In this document: piece after piece, positions 25,001 to 37,199 of the stretch
Layout of the letters: the number at the start of each line of letters is the position of its first letter
Numbering within the stretch: the stretch's first letter is position 1
DNA from: Carcharhinus longimanus
Taxonomy: Eukaryota
DNA: 64,000 nt
Reading direction: 5' to 3'
Assembly: GCA_030264375.1 (NCBI GenBank)
Contig: JASCQW010000081.1
Location: 29,397,391 to 29,461,390, forward strand
The notes under the pieces: model-generated
Seen by the model: the letters and a program-made list of their open reading frames with translations, nothing else
Database searches by the model: none
What the model was told of the DNA's origin: nothing
Translations under genes and position numbers: made by a program

Positions 25001-28000
25001 GAAAGTTTTTTTTCCCCTTTTTCAGGCTAGTATCTTTCAGAAACTGGCTGGCTGTAAGCTGTGATTATAGCTTCAACACCAGGGCCCCCAATTTGAAAAG
25101 ACCTCCTGCCTTCTTCTTTGATCTCGGCTGCCAGAGAACTGCCGGTTGCTATTTTTCTGCCCTCTCAACACTGGCTCTGTCACCTGGCTCTCACAAAGGA
25201 AACAAAGGGATGGCTCTTTCTCTCCCTCTCGCACACAAGCAGAGAGACACAATCGAGCCACTGAATTATACTCACGATACACAGCCCACCAGAGCAGCTG
25301 CTACCCGTTTTTCACAAAAAAAGGACAAGATACTTGCTGAATTTAAAAAAAACTAACTGGCAAGCAACAGGCAAACCTGTTGCAAAGATCTGTAGCTTTT
25401 GACAACATATATGCTTAATCTATTAACCCTTTCAAGATTATATAACTTAATATTAAATTTATTCTTTTAGAAACCAAAGATGAGCATTTTTCAGTTTATT
25501 GATGAACTCTTATTAAAAACATCAAAACACTTCCCCATTGCCACTAATTGGCAAGATTTGGTATGTTTCTCTTTCCCTATTTTGCACACGTCATAATGAC
25601 ACTCCAACAAGGTTATTTTGCTTGGAAAATAATTTACATTGAAAGAACTTATCAGTTATTAGCTTAGAAATGCGGGTATGTTGTTCATTTTTCAAAAGCT
25701 ATAAAAATTATGTTTTATCAATGGAGGAAAACGCATTCTGTGCCAACCAATGATTGAAAATTTGTGTGAAAATGTCATGGTCGCAAGGACAACAAATTGA
25801 TTTTTATGGAAAAGAATGGCAAGATATATTTTTCCAGTTCATTGTTTGAAGGTTGCCAATTTAGTACTATGTGTTTCTCTTAGGGAGCAGCAGTTTAAAA
25901 CAATGCTAAGATATTCTTTACCTTGAAATTTTCAGTCTGGTTTCATTTACCATTTTAATATTTTCAATGGAGTGCAAAAATATCTTGTGCGATTGAACAT
26001 TTTTAAAATATGATAAAATGGCTATCTATTATTCACAGCAAATATATTAAGCTTACTTCATTCATAAATAATGAACAATCATTACAGTTTTTTATTTTTA
26101 ATTTGGCAAAACAAGGAAAGAATTATCATATTACTATGTAAAAAAGTGCTTAAGAATACAATAATAGTGGCTGTCACTTGGAAAATGCTAAATACATGCA
26201 CTAGCTACTCAAGATTTTTTAAAACAGTGGAAATTTATCAATATATAATTTGCAAGAAGCATTCTGACAATGAAAATTATTTGGATTTGGGTGGCAAAAG
26301 TGATTACAACTGTGTGGTGTAATGCTAGCTTGCTATCTGACAGTTGTCTCCTTCATTGTATGCGTTATCATGCTGTCGGAGAGAGCCGAGGATACTGACC
26401 AAGTCTCCCTGGTGGGTTTACTGACTGAACATCAAGCTCTCCTTCAGCCTCTGTAGACCAGACACATTGCACAAATGTAGACAGAGGGCAAATGAGCAGT
26501 AATTGATGAGAATAAAGATGTTTTGCCAGACAGAGATAGTACCCCTACAGAGAAATGAGGCATTTACAAATAAAACATGGACTAGACAAGATAGATGCCC
26601 CACTTTGCCATGAATTCTGCAACAAAAATTTAAATTGGGCCACTAACTGTGAACAGAACACTTTGAAATGAAAAATAAAGGTAAAAACATGAAACAGCAC
26701 TACACAGGGACTAACAAAATGTAGTACAGCAACACTGCCATCGATTGTTAGCATCTGAGGAGCCGTTTGTTTTTATCCCAAAGCCAAGACTTTACACGCA
26801 TAGCTTTACACAGACTGGGTTTGAGAAGATATCTGTCACCATCCACCACCCCCCCCCCCCTCCCCCCACCATCGTATTCACCAACAGTAGTCACTGATCG
26901 CTCAGAAACGAAACAATTCCTGAAATGCCTGCCCCCCCCAACTTTTAGTTAAACAAATGTTGGACTTGTTCACATGGTGCTGAGTCTGTGTTCAAGAGCC
27001 ATTCATTATGTACAAGAGTACACAAAGTTTTTATTCTATGTTGCAGTGAAAGTAGCAAGTTGAATGTGAAGGATTGTGTGAAAGGTCAAATAAAATCTTA
27101 AGATAAGTTATCAGATCAAAACAAATAACTTCACATTTCCCAATTTTCCCTTTTTTTTAAAAAAGCTGTTTATTTCTTATTTTGGTTTTATTTATTCAAA
27201 GCCTTAGGTTAGGGTTATTTTCACTGTTTAGTAATATGTTATCTACTTTGTTGGTCCTTTTGTGACTTCCTAAGCTGTACTGAAATATTAAAGACAAATA
27301 TTTTGCTAAACTATGAAAATTAAAAAAAAACAAAAATATACAGCATATTGGCTATATGTGGGTTACCATTAGCTTCTTTTCTCTTTAAAACATTTGTTAA
27401 AGCCCTGAATCTTACACAATACAAATTGTTCTTAAATGGAAATTTGACTCTCGGCATTGTCTTGGAACGTTTTGCTAATCAGAAAGCACTGTGTTTGGCT
27501 TAATAAATAAATTTATTTAAACCAGGCTTTAAAAAAAAGTCAAGATGATGTCCAAACATCTTNNNNNNNNNNNNNNNNNNNNNNNNNNNNNNNNNNNNNN
27601 NNNNNNNNNNNNNNNNNNNNNNNNNNNNNNNNNNNNNNNNNNNNNNNNNNNNNNNNNNNNNNCATCTTAAAATAATAGAGAACTTGAAATCTGCTACATT
27701 TCATCATATACTGAGAATTATTTTACCTGGAAGAAACAATTTCAAAGTTTGTATTGGTAACATTTTTAATTTTGAGGAATGGTATTTAAACAAGGAGAAA
27801 TGTTATGCTGCAAGTGAGCAGGTACTCCCTTGGCAGCAGTCTTGTAACAGATTTTTTGGGAAGAAAAAAAGAAAGGAAATCGATGGCACTTTGAATAGAG
27901 GTCGTCAGGGTTGTTGCTCAAGGAAAGTGACAGATCTGCGTACTAAGCCTCTGGCAGCCCCCAAAAATTCCATACATATTACCATTTAGCTGCAATATTT

Positions 28001-30605
28001 CAGACTACAGCCTTCATAATGAAACTCCACTTTGTAATTCAACCATTTATCCTATACAGTTGTGCAATGCAATCAGTGTTAACTAAAAGTAGCTATTGCA
28101 ATAAATAGTAATACTGAGACAATTGAATAGATAAAGCTACAAATGTATAGCTTGCTTAACTGACATCATTAACAATTTTAACAACAAATACAGTTAAGAA
28201 ATATCACATTACTGTCAATTTTTAGACATTAAATAGAATTTTAAAAAGAATATTGATAAATGATCCACTTTATAATGTGAAAGCATTCACATACGATAGC
28301 CATTCTTAAAAACTACAATTATCATGCAGATATTATTAATCACTCCCTGAAAAAAATTAGATAAGTAAAGAAATGTCTGGTTAAATCTGACTTGTAAGTA
28401 AGTCGAATTGTTGTTTGAATTTTCCAGCAAATCAGTGATACAAGTTACAGCAAAGTTAGCTGTAACAAATCAGGCTTGTAATTTTTAAGGCAGTTTTTTT
28501 TATCGTCCACAAAATAGAATTATTTAGCTTCTCATCTTGGTTGAGAGATGAAAAGAATTTTTAAAACTAAAGCAGATGGTTGGAATATTGAAGAGGAGGT
28601 TTAATGTTGCTTTTATGTGAAGCAACGGCTTTGGGTGTGTATTTGGCTGGATACACTTTGCAGATGTCAAGTGAGTCAGCATCTATAAAATCAGTATGAA
28701 AGTAATGTACATATCTTGGATACGAGCAAACTATTTGGGAGCTCCTGCAACCATTTCCTCTACCACATTTTTTTTCCTGACCATTCTTACTTACAATCAT
28801 ATAAAGCTGCCAATGCATATTTATCTGCTTAAAAGACATCCTTAATCCAGCTGCATGCAATTTAATACACAGCATAGGGTGAGGTAGTTTTTTTTAACTG
28901 TGTCAACTCACACCTCAGCCTTATAACAAATGGCATAGTGTTAAAGGCCAATTGTCCTTTCTCTTATCTCCTTCGCACCTCAATATTCATTCCAACAACC
29001 CTCAAATCCTTTTTGCTACACCACAGGCTTAAAGACTGGGGCTGTATAATACCAGCTCTCAGCAAGTGCTCAAAGCCGATCCACTACTGCCTTCTTCCTC
29101 TCGATTTTTCCATATTAGTGGCTGTCATTACCATAAGAAGAGGTAGAGGAAAAGAGGGGAGGGAAACACTTAAAGAAATGTGAAAGGGATACCAGTTGAA
29201 AACCAGTGGGGAGAGCTGAAAAGATCAGCCTTTTCACATCTGGTTAAGTGCTGCAAAACACCCCGTTGTCCATATGATTATTAAGGATGTCCTTGCTAAA
29301 GTTTACTTGCAGTGAGAGAAAAGATTATTACCATATATTTCAATATGTGCCACTTCCCCTATCATTTACCATATTATATACCATTTCTCCAATTTGTTTG
29401 CCCAATAAATCAAGAGAAATTTATGAAAAAGAAAACCAACCAGGTTGGTCCTGTCAGGAAGGAAGCAAAGACATCCATGTTTTGTTGTTTTAAGGGTTTT
29501 TTTGTTAACCGTTCAGGAAGGAAGATAGGGGCCTGGATTCTGACTCAACAAGTATAGATTAATCACTCATTCTTTGCCATAATGTAGCCCTATTGAGTTG
29601 GTCTTTAGTCTAAACTTTTAAAATCAGCTTTATGAGTCTTTTTGTATGTTCATTCAGTTTTCCAACAGTCTTGTAGTTCAATTGCTCCTTTCTCACTTTG
29701 TTACATTTTCCTTTCACTTTCTGCCTATCTTTTTCAATTCTATTATTATTCTTACTTTTCTCTTGTTTCCCTTGCCGCCTTTTACTCTTTCTTCAACCAA
29801 AACAAACAGTAACAAAAGTCAGTAGCTTCCCACAGCTGAAGCTTGTTAACTTATCACTCATTATCACCTCATCCTCCAAGCACCACTTTTCTTCTCTGGC
29901 TGCTGATGAGCCCCACAAAACTTCTAAAATTGCAACTTAACTTAACAAACATCACAACACAGATATATTGAATTGGTTTCCTCTCAGTTACAGGATCTTT
30001 TTCCCCCCATGACTTATTTGGATTGCAGGGTGGGGCAAGGTGAAAATTATCAAACATAACAAATCTTTCTTTAAATGAATATTTAAACCATCAGTTGCAC
30101 ACAGAAGACACTATCAACACTTAATTCTTTCTGAGGATTTTAATCACTGGAAGATAAAGTTCTTCTGTTTGTTTTACATAGTTTACATAGTAAAGTGTTG
30201 GTCTGTTTAAAAATAACTTTCTAGCAAACAAAATCTGCAGCCTGAAGAACATATATCACCAAATGAACTTAGAACATACAAGATGAAACATGATGGACAA
30301 AAACAATAACTTTAGATGTTGCCCACATATTTCAGTTTCTGATTTCATTAAGAAAAAATGACAACTTCTAAAGATTTAATTTGCTTCAACTTTAAAATAA
30401 TATACATGTACTTATATTCAAAAACTTAGCAAACACAACTAACATAATAAAATATGAAACATTATTCAAGAAAGTCTAAATGTAATGAGATATGCTATAC
30501 ATTTTTAAATTGTTGCCACAAGTTCAGGGTACATGTTGAAAATTTCAACTTGGACAATATAAAGGGCCCAAAGTAGTTAAGATAAGTTAAAAAAAAAACA
30601 CTTAC

Positions 30606-31233
30606 ATCTCTCATTTCGACTTTCTTCAGGGCTTGCTGAGTTTTCTCGGTCCGAGATGAGACCTGACACAGCAAAGACTTTTTTTCCAGTGTCATCTAGC
30701 TTCAGTGAACTGGGGGAACTGGATGGGAGCTGGGTTGTGAACTCGTACTCCTTGCCCTCAGAGTCCGAAAACCTCAGATGGGGAGATTCGGTTTCATGGC
30801 AGTTCTTTAGTCTTTTGGCAGGTGTAAAGGCTGATTGGTAACTGTCTCTGTCTTCAGCGGAGGCAAAAGGTCGGAATGCCCCAACACCACTATGATTCAG
30901 CATGCTGATTGGGGTGCAGTCCAGATTTGGAGGTGCAAATTGATGATGCAGGTGCAAAAGCTGAGGGGGGAAATCCCGGTTCGGGAAGGCCCCTGGCACC
31001 CCGCCCTGACGATGGTACATCGAGGCAAAGGTATAGGAACCATTAGTGAACGGAATGTGGACATCTTTGTCCACAGAGACAGGTACTCCAAAGGGTCTAG
31101 GCTGCTGGCAGGAGATGGAAGCATCTCGGCTAGCCTCTGCTGTAGAGGCAAGGACCATCAAAGCTGGAGATGCAAGGGGATTAGGGAGGTAGGAAGAATT
31201 CTCCATCTTGAAAGCTGTTCTGTGCAAGTCCAT
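30606..31233 (-). CDS. RNF220: RNF220 E3 ubiquitin ligase, first coding exon (209 codons + 1 nt, phase-1 donor)
   Basis: Translation MDLHRTAFKMENSSYLPNPLASPALMVLASTAEASRDASISCQQPRPFGVPVSVDKDVHIPFTNGSYTFASMYHRQGG...SAFTPAKRLKNCHETESPHLRFSD...KKVFAVSGLISDRE closely matches the vertebrate RNF220 N-terminus. ATG at 31233-31231. Consensus donor GAT|GTAAGT at 30606/30605. Downstream exons are not in the window. Confidence 0.97.
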
Positions 31234-31346
31234 TGGAAACTCTTTGCTCGCTGGTACCAGAATTATATAATGACCTTCTCAAATGCAGGCAAGGCTGGCT
31301 TTATAAAGAACAAGGTGACATCATTACCACCACAGCTTGATAGACC
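31234..31346 (-). other. RNF220: 5' UTR part of the RNF220 first coding exon, with splice acceptor
   Basis: Minus strand reads TTTTTGTGCTCTCTATTAATACAG|GGTC: pyrimidine tract plus CAG acceptor at 31349-31347, 113 nt upstream of the ATG. Confidence 0.8.
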
Positions 31347-32548
31347 CTGTATTAATAGAGAGCACAAAAATAAATATTCACATACACACACTCTGCCTCA
31401 CTATATATACACATGTATGTACTCCATTACAAGCATTCTGACGCTTGTATAGATTAGGTACTATTTGACCACAGTAATTATGAAAATCTATACTTAATAC
31501 ACTCTGGTGTCAAAGTGTCACGGGCTTAAAGACTGACCCCAAATAACAGAACCTCCGCAGCCCTGTGATCAAAAATGCATTTATTGCTCCGAAATCACAA
31601 GAGGCGGCTACTGATTAAGCAGGGGTTTTTTTTGCTCCCCAAATCCTACTCACCAAAAAATGTAAGTAGTCGCTTTTTAGGGTTTTTTTGGACAAATATA
31701 TTTATCTTTTGGATTTTTAATTTGCCACATGGTTAAGGAAAAAGATTAAAATAACTTAACTGTATTGATTTACGCGGTAGAATTGACATTAATTTTAGTT
31801 CAGTTATCACTTTGCAAAGCGATCAATAGTAACTAATAACGAATGACAGCGCTGGTAAAAAAGAGAGAAAGCAGGACTCCAGCCAAAAATCGAAATGTAC
31901 CGACACTAAATCATCTCATACTTTTCTAGTCGTCAGACATCAAGACACGGAAAAACCCAGTTGCTACTTTTGTTACAACTATCAAGATTAATAACACCTA
32001 CCGCCAGATAATTCATTGCAACTTTGAAACTGAGGCCAATTAAGCAGCTAATTTAGTGATATTTTGTAGCGATCACCTAGAAATGGATAGTAGCACGAAA
32101 AACTAAACAGTTATGCCATAAAGTATTAACAATAGTACAGATATCACTACATAGATGCATGAGATAAGTGAATACAATTCGCACGTTCGGTTTAGCATAG
32201 CGCAATTTATTATAAATAAGGCATTAAACGGTTAAAGCGGTAGGTGATAATACAAGCAATGACTGCAAACTGTCTGGACTAAACTACTTTTACTCCAGTA
32301 TGTTTTTTATTGCAAGGTGCACGCACCAACACATATAGACCGTGAAGCATGTAAACAATGACTTCCGCACAAAGTTGGAGACATCGCAGACATATTTCTG
32401 CATTACTGTACTTACTTTAATTCCCAAGGATGCTTTCACTTTTTTATAATAGAACAAATACACGCGAAAATACAAGGATTTATTTCTTTTGGTAAAACTC
32501 TTCCTTAGTGTACAAGGGCTGTGTAGTGGAAGTCTGGAAATACGATGC

Positions 32549-32727
32549 GTGTGTGTGTGTGTGAATGAAGTCTCCTGTTGGAGGATGGTGTTGATTACAT
32601 GCACAGAAGGATCCCTATCCCGAGTCGGATCAGAGGAGGAATGTTGCGTTGCTGCTGCTCCGCTTGGCTCAGTGTGCCCGTGTATGTCTGTCTGTGTGTG
32701 TGTGTGTGTGTGTATATATATGTGTGT
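32549..32727. repeat. (TG)n/(TA)n microsatellites in RNF220 intron 1
   Basis: TG runs at 32549-32562 and ~32693-32727. Confidence 0.9.
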
Positions 32728-32747
32728 CAATTTCAGAACTCACTCAC

Positions 32748-32830
32748 CGGGACAGCAATATAGCAGCGCAGACCCAGCCAGTCTACTGCGCAGCCGTATT
32801 GTCCTCACACTGGCAACTGGGAATTGTAGT
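32748..32830 (-). other. RNF220: Probable non-coding exon 1 / TSS region of RNF220
   Basis: Strong minus-strand donor CCG|GTGAGT at 32748/32747. CpG-rich sequence with a ZNF143-type motif just upstream. The 5' end is not defined. Confidence 0.6.
32817..32830 (-). promoter_or_regulatory. ZNF143(SBS)/THAP11-type motif ACTACAATTCCCAG
   Basis: Plus strand ctgggaattgtagt; exact match to the known promoter motif, oriented toward RNF220. Confidence 0.75.
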
Positions 32831-34703
32831 TCTTACTCATCGCTTTATCTCCCGCTTTTCGCCTTCCTGCTGTACTCTTCCTTATTTCTCTTCCTGCCTT
32901 TTTTAATTGTTTAGCTCCATGCATTATCTTGCTTCCCCCCTTATCTTTTCCCTGTTTCCGGTTCATGGATTGAATCATGCCTTTTCCATTTCACATGTAG
33001 AGTTTATATTTAGACGTCTTTTGTATTTGCTTAAAGATCTATCATTCTGTTATTCTTTCTATTGTCCGCGTGTTTATCATTTCCTGTTTTTACTCGTTAA
33101 AAGTATATTTCTCCTTGGTCCGTCTGTCCGCTGTGTATTTATTCTTTTTCACTATCTTGTTTAATATTGGGTATGCTCTGTTTTGATTTGCTTTCGGGAT
33201 CTTGTTTTCTTTGTCATTCTGTTGAGTTTTGTTGTGCTTACCCTTTGCTCGGCTTCATTCTTTCAGTTTTAAAACACATAAAGATTCGTGTTGTTTAACT
33301 TATAAGCACTATCGCTTTTTACATGGACTTTCTTGTCTCCTTTTGCTTCTCTACTTGACCTGTTTTTCATCCCTTTCTCTACAACCTTCCCACTTTTTTG
33401 ACCATCGGTGCAGAATTTCGATGTTGTTGTGGTTTTCCTCCTAGTCTCTTCACTTTCCCCGGATTTATGAATTCCGTTTTCTTCTTTCCCTGGTGCACTG
33501 AGTGCATCCACGCACCTGATTTTGACAATGGTCGGCTCCATTTAACCCCGTTTTTCTGTTTCATTGATTTTCTGTTTTGTGCTTTGCTTGCCTCATTTTA
33601 CTTCACCTACCCTTCATTGTTTCGTTTGCTTTATTCCTATAAGAAAAAAAAGAAAATTTCTGTTCCGACTCTAACTTTCCAGTCTGCTATTTCCAGTCAT
33701 CTTCGAGAATTTACTACTTTGCCATTCAGTAAACGCTCCTGTTAACTACAATGATCGACCCAACTGAATAACATAGATTGGGAAGGCGGAAAGGGGGAAG
33801 ACTTCAATAACACAAGTCTTAAAAATAAGTTCCAAAGTTCCGCGATTAAAGTTCCTTCTCCAAGTTCCGACAGGGTTCCTCGGCGAAAGAGGCAGGGCCT
33901 GAAAAGACATTATGAGAAACATAATTTCCAAAATCAATCAACTAATTGTACAAAAATATAAAAGTAAAATAAAGTCATACTGAGATTGATAAATTTGCAC
34001 TGTGGGCGTATCTATTAATGTTGCACTAACCCTTTTGATGGCCTATATAAGCCTGTATTTCAACAAACACCAAAAAATCAATACCTAACATTATTAATTA
34101 TCTCAGTTTCCCATTGAACGTGAACAGCTTAACAGTACCAAGGAGCTTGGAGAAAGAACTAGCTGACAGTACAAATATATTACAGCATACAACAAAAGAT
34201 ACACTTAGATTTACCCCAACCAATTAAAAAAATCGATACATAAGCTGGTAGTTGCAAAAAAAAGAAAAATAATGTAACTCCTTTAGCACCCAGATGTCTC
34301 GGTTCCATTATCATCGTGAGAAAGGTGGCACATTTTTATATTCGAATTATTTCGAGATAAATTACAGCATATTATCAGATAATTATAATGTAATATATTC
34401 AGTCAAACCTTAGAAAATAAGTGATAAGATAATTTTGTTAATATGGTAATACTTTACCTATTACTAATTAAACATTATCAATAATTGCATAAATTGTATT
34501 TTTTTGGATGGAGTTAATGAAAAAAGTTTTACACTTATCAAACAAACTTTGACATTAATTAAAAATTCTTCCTGAATCCTGATTGATGTGGCAATAAATT
34601 TCACACTATTTGTAAAACTCGACGCATCATACAGCAAAACTCAGTGCAATACCTTGCAATTCATCGTTTCTGCGCACTTGTCAAGTGGGACGTGGGCAAT
34701 AAG

Positions 34704-34717
34704 ACTACAACTCCCAG
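34704..34717 (+). promoter_or_regulatory. ZNF143/THAP11-type motif ACTACAACTCCCAG, candidate ERI3 promoter
   Basis: Matches ACTACAnnTCCCAG. A degenerate inverted copy (ACTACAGATGCCGAG, minus strand) lies at ~34774-34788, and ETS-like GGAA cores at ~34820-34860. Confidence 0.65.
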
Positions 34718-35984
34718 AACTCTGATGAGCAGAAAAAATCTCAGCTACTGAAAACATGCCAAAGTGCAAGGCACTCGGCATCTGTAGTCTTTTCAAGTTA
34801 ATCTGAAAACTTGATGCACACGGAACATCACATTTACAACAGATAGATAGATAGGAAGCGGGACAGTGAGGGTCACAATTTTCTGTTATAAACATTTGGG
34901 GACTGGGTACTTATTTACTTCAGGACTATTATTGGTCTGAACGTGCCATGAAGATTTTGGCATCGTCTTGAAGATTAAATTTAGTTGCTGGATCATATTG
35001 TTTCTCTTTTTTAAATGGATAAACTAGCAAGAGTGAATAATAGGCCAAAAAAAAAACTACTTCCAAGTGTCAACTAAGAAGAAAACTAACACAGATTCGT
35101 TTAATTAAAGTGGCGACTTNNNNNNNNNNNNNNNNNNNNNNNNNNNNNNNNNNNNNNNNNNNNNNNNNNNNNNNNNNNNNNNNNNNNNNNNNNNNNNNNN
35201 NNNNNNNNNNNNNNNNNNNNNNNNNNNNNNNNNNNNNNNNNNNNNNNNNNNNNNNNNNNNNNNNNNNNNNNNNNNNNNNNNNNNNNNNNNNNNNNNNNNN
35301 NNNNNNNNNNNNNNNNNNNNNNNNNNNNNNNNNNNNNNNNNNNNNNNNNNNNNNNNNNNNNNNNNNNNNNNNNNNNNNNNNNNNNNNNNNNNNNNNNNNN
35401 NNNNNNNNNNNNNNNNNNNNNNNNNNNNNNNNNNNNNNNNNNNNNNNNNNNNNNNNNNNNNNNNNNNNNNNNNNNNNNNNNNNNNNNNNNNNNNNNNNNN
35501 NNNNNNNNNNNNNNNNNNNNNNNNNNNNNNNNNNNNNNNNNNNNNNNNNNNNNNNNNNNNNNNNNNNNNNNNNNNNNNNNNNNNNNNNNNNNNNNNNNNN
35601 NNNNNNNNNNNNNNNNNNNNNNNNNNNNNNNNNNNNNNNNNNNNNNNNNNNNCTTGCGACTGGATGTGTAAGAGCCACTTTATCTGTGTCTAGGCCCACA
35701 GTGGACTGGTAATTCTGATAGTCTGTGAATGTTTTTGTTTTATCAGTTACATATTTCGCCTGGGCAGTCTTTTGAGGGTCCTTTTTTTTAAATTTTTCTT
35801 ATTGGTGTTTGTATCCCACTTTAACAGGAATTCCGCTGGTCGGGGAAATTCCCCTTTTGGCCAATTATCACTTCTAGAAAGTGACGTATTACTGTTAATC
35901 TGTGAAACGAAACTCTTTTTTTTTCTAAAGCAACAAACTTTGAACCAATTCAGAGATTATACTTTAGGATCATTGACCATAGTC

Positions 35985-36155
35985 CACTAGGGACCACAGG
36001 CATCCTCGTTCCGTTAGTAACAGGTGGTGGTTGTTATAACTTAAAGGGCTAGCATCAAGTTTCTGGGGCAGTGCGAGGATGCACGTCTCCTTGAACAAGC
36101 ACAGCCGGAACCGGAATCACTCTGCACCTGAACCTAATAACCATCTATCCAACCG
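35985..36155 (-). mobile_element. Highly decayed tRNA-SINE-like fragment
   Basis: Resembles a shark SINE as I remember it (GGTGGTGG...AAC...CAGCCGG...ATCACTCTGCA...CCATC...CCAAC). Weak match. Confidence 0.35.
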
Positions 36156-36819
36156 AACACCCCCCCCCCCAAAAAAAACGAACAAACACACGCGCGCAAT
36201 TTAATTTAGCGACGGAATTAATAAATTTCTCAATAGTCAAGTGAGAATTGTTCGTTCCTTGTGGGTAAAGACGCATTGTTTATTATTTATCACTTTTTTA
36301 CTTGTCAAGTCAAATTTATTTTGAGTGAGGGAGTGTTCTTTTGGCATAAATTTGATGTTGGAATGTTTCAAGTTTGGGGGAATAAAAGTTTCCTCCAAGT
36401 CCTCCTTCCCATAATTTCCAGATCCTGGGAGTTCCTGATATTGCTCATAACCACTTTGAATACCTTTTACAGTGCTTTAGATCTCAGGAATTACCTGGTC
36501 CATTTCTACTGCAATTTGAGATTCCTGTCCCCAATGATCTTAAGTTTACTTCTGCAGTGATTTAGGACCCACTTCAGTATGTTTAGCCCCTCTCAAAATA
36601 CAGGATGCCACGTGTACTCTATTCTAGCACACAGACCCATTCCAGAGTCAGCATTTGATTTGTTCAGATATCCAATCCACTTTAAGCAATTGTGTGGGAG
36701 ATTTTTTTTAAGTTTATTNNNNNNNNNNNNNNNNNNNNNNNNNNNNNNNNNNNNNNNNNNNNNNNNNNNNNNNNNNNNNNNNNNNNNNNNNNNNNNNNNN
36801 NNNNNNNNNNNNNNNNNNA

Positions 36820-36977
36820 CCAGCACATCATTCAGACTGAGAGGAAACCAGAGCACCTGGAAGAAACCCACACAGACACAGGAAGAACATGCAAATGCCA
36901 CAGATAGTGGCCCAAGCCATGAATTAAATCTGGGTCCCTGGCACTGTGAGGCAGCAGTGCTAGCCACTGTGCTGCCC
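36820..36977 (-). mobile_element. HE1-type SINE, 5' part (3' part in gap)
   Basis: GGAAACCAGAGCACCTGGAAGAAACCCAC...GAGGCAGCAGTGCTAGCCACTGTGCTGCCC. Confidence 0.85.
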
Positions 36978-37199
36978 ATTTCATGTTTTAAAAACCTTGC
37001 AAGAAACATTATGTAGCTTATTTTTGGTAGTTACCCTTTATTTATCAAACATGTTATAAAATGGCATATCTGTCAACTGTTGTGAGAAGTAGCATTGTTA
37101 GGAACTGCTAACGCATGTACAAAACATTGTAGGAGCAGGCTCACACTTAAATTAGGCCACTTTTATCAGGTTTGTTTCATCTTTATTTAGTAGTCCCCA

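Larger units (their letters stand above)
31500..36250. promoter_or_regulatory. CpG-retaining, low-GC promoter island between RNF220 and ERI3
   Basis: CpG is visibly frequent here compared with the CpG-depleted flanks (by eye, not computed). Contains a 532-N gap (35120-35651) that may hide ERI3 exon 1. Confidence 0.6.

Noticed and set aside
30577-30605. C-terminal CKCFFFNLS* of the 218-aa ORF as a complete single-exon protein
   Set aside because: Lies beyond a perfect GTAAGT donor and is intronic; the RING domain is encoded by distant exons.
30835-31452. 205-aa plus-strand ORF
   Set aside because: Antisense shadow of the RNF220 exon; non-ATG start, no recognisable homology.
32290-33745. Many overlapping ORFs
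   Set aside because: Produced by microsatellites and A-poor composition that depletes stop codons.
35070-35712. Long ORFs of 200-340 aa here and at 48469-49497 and 7736-8201
   Set aside because: Their length comes from N runs translated as X.
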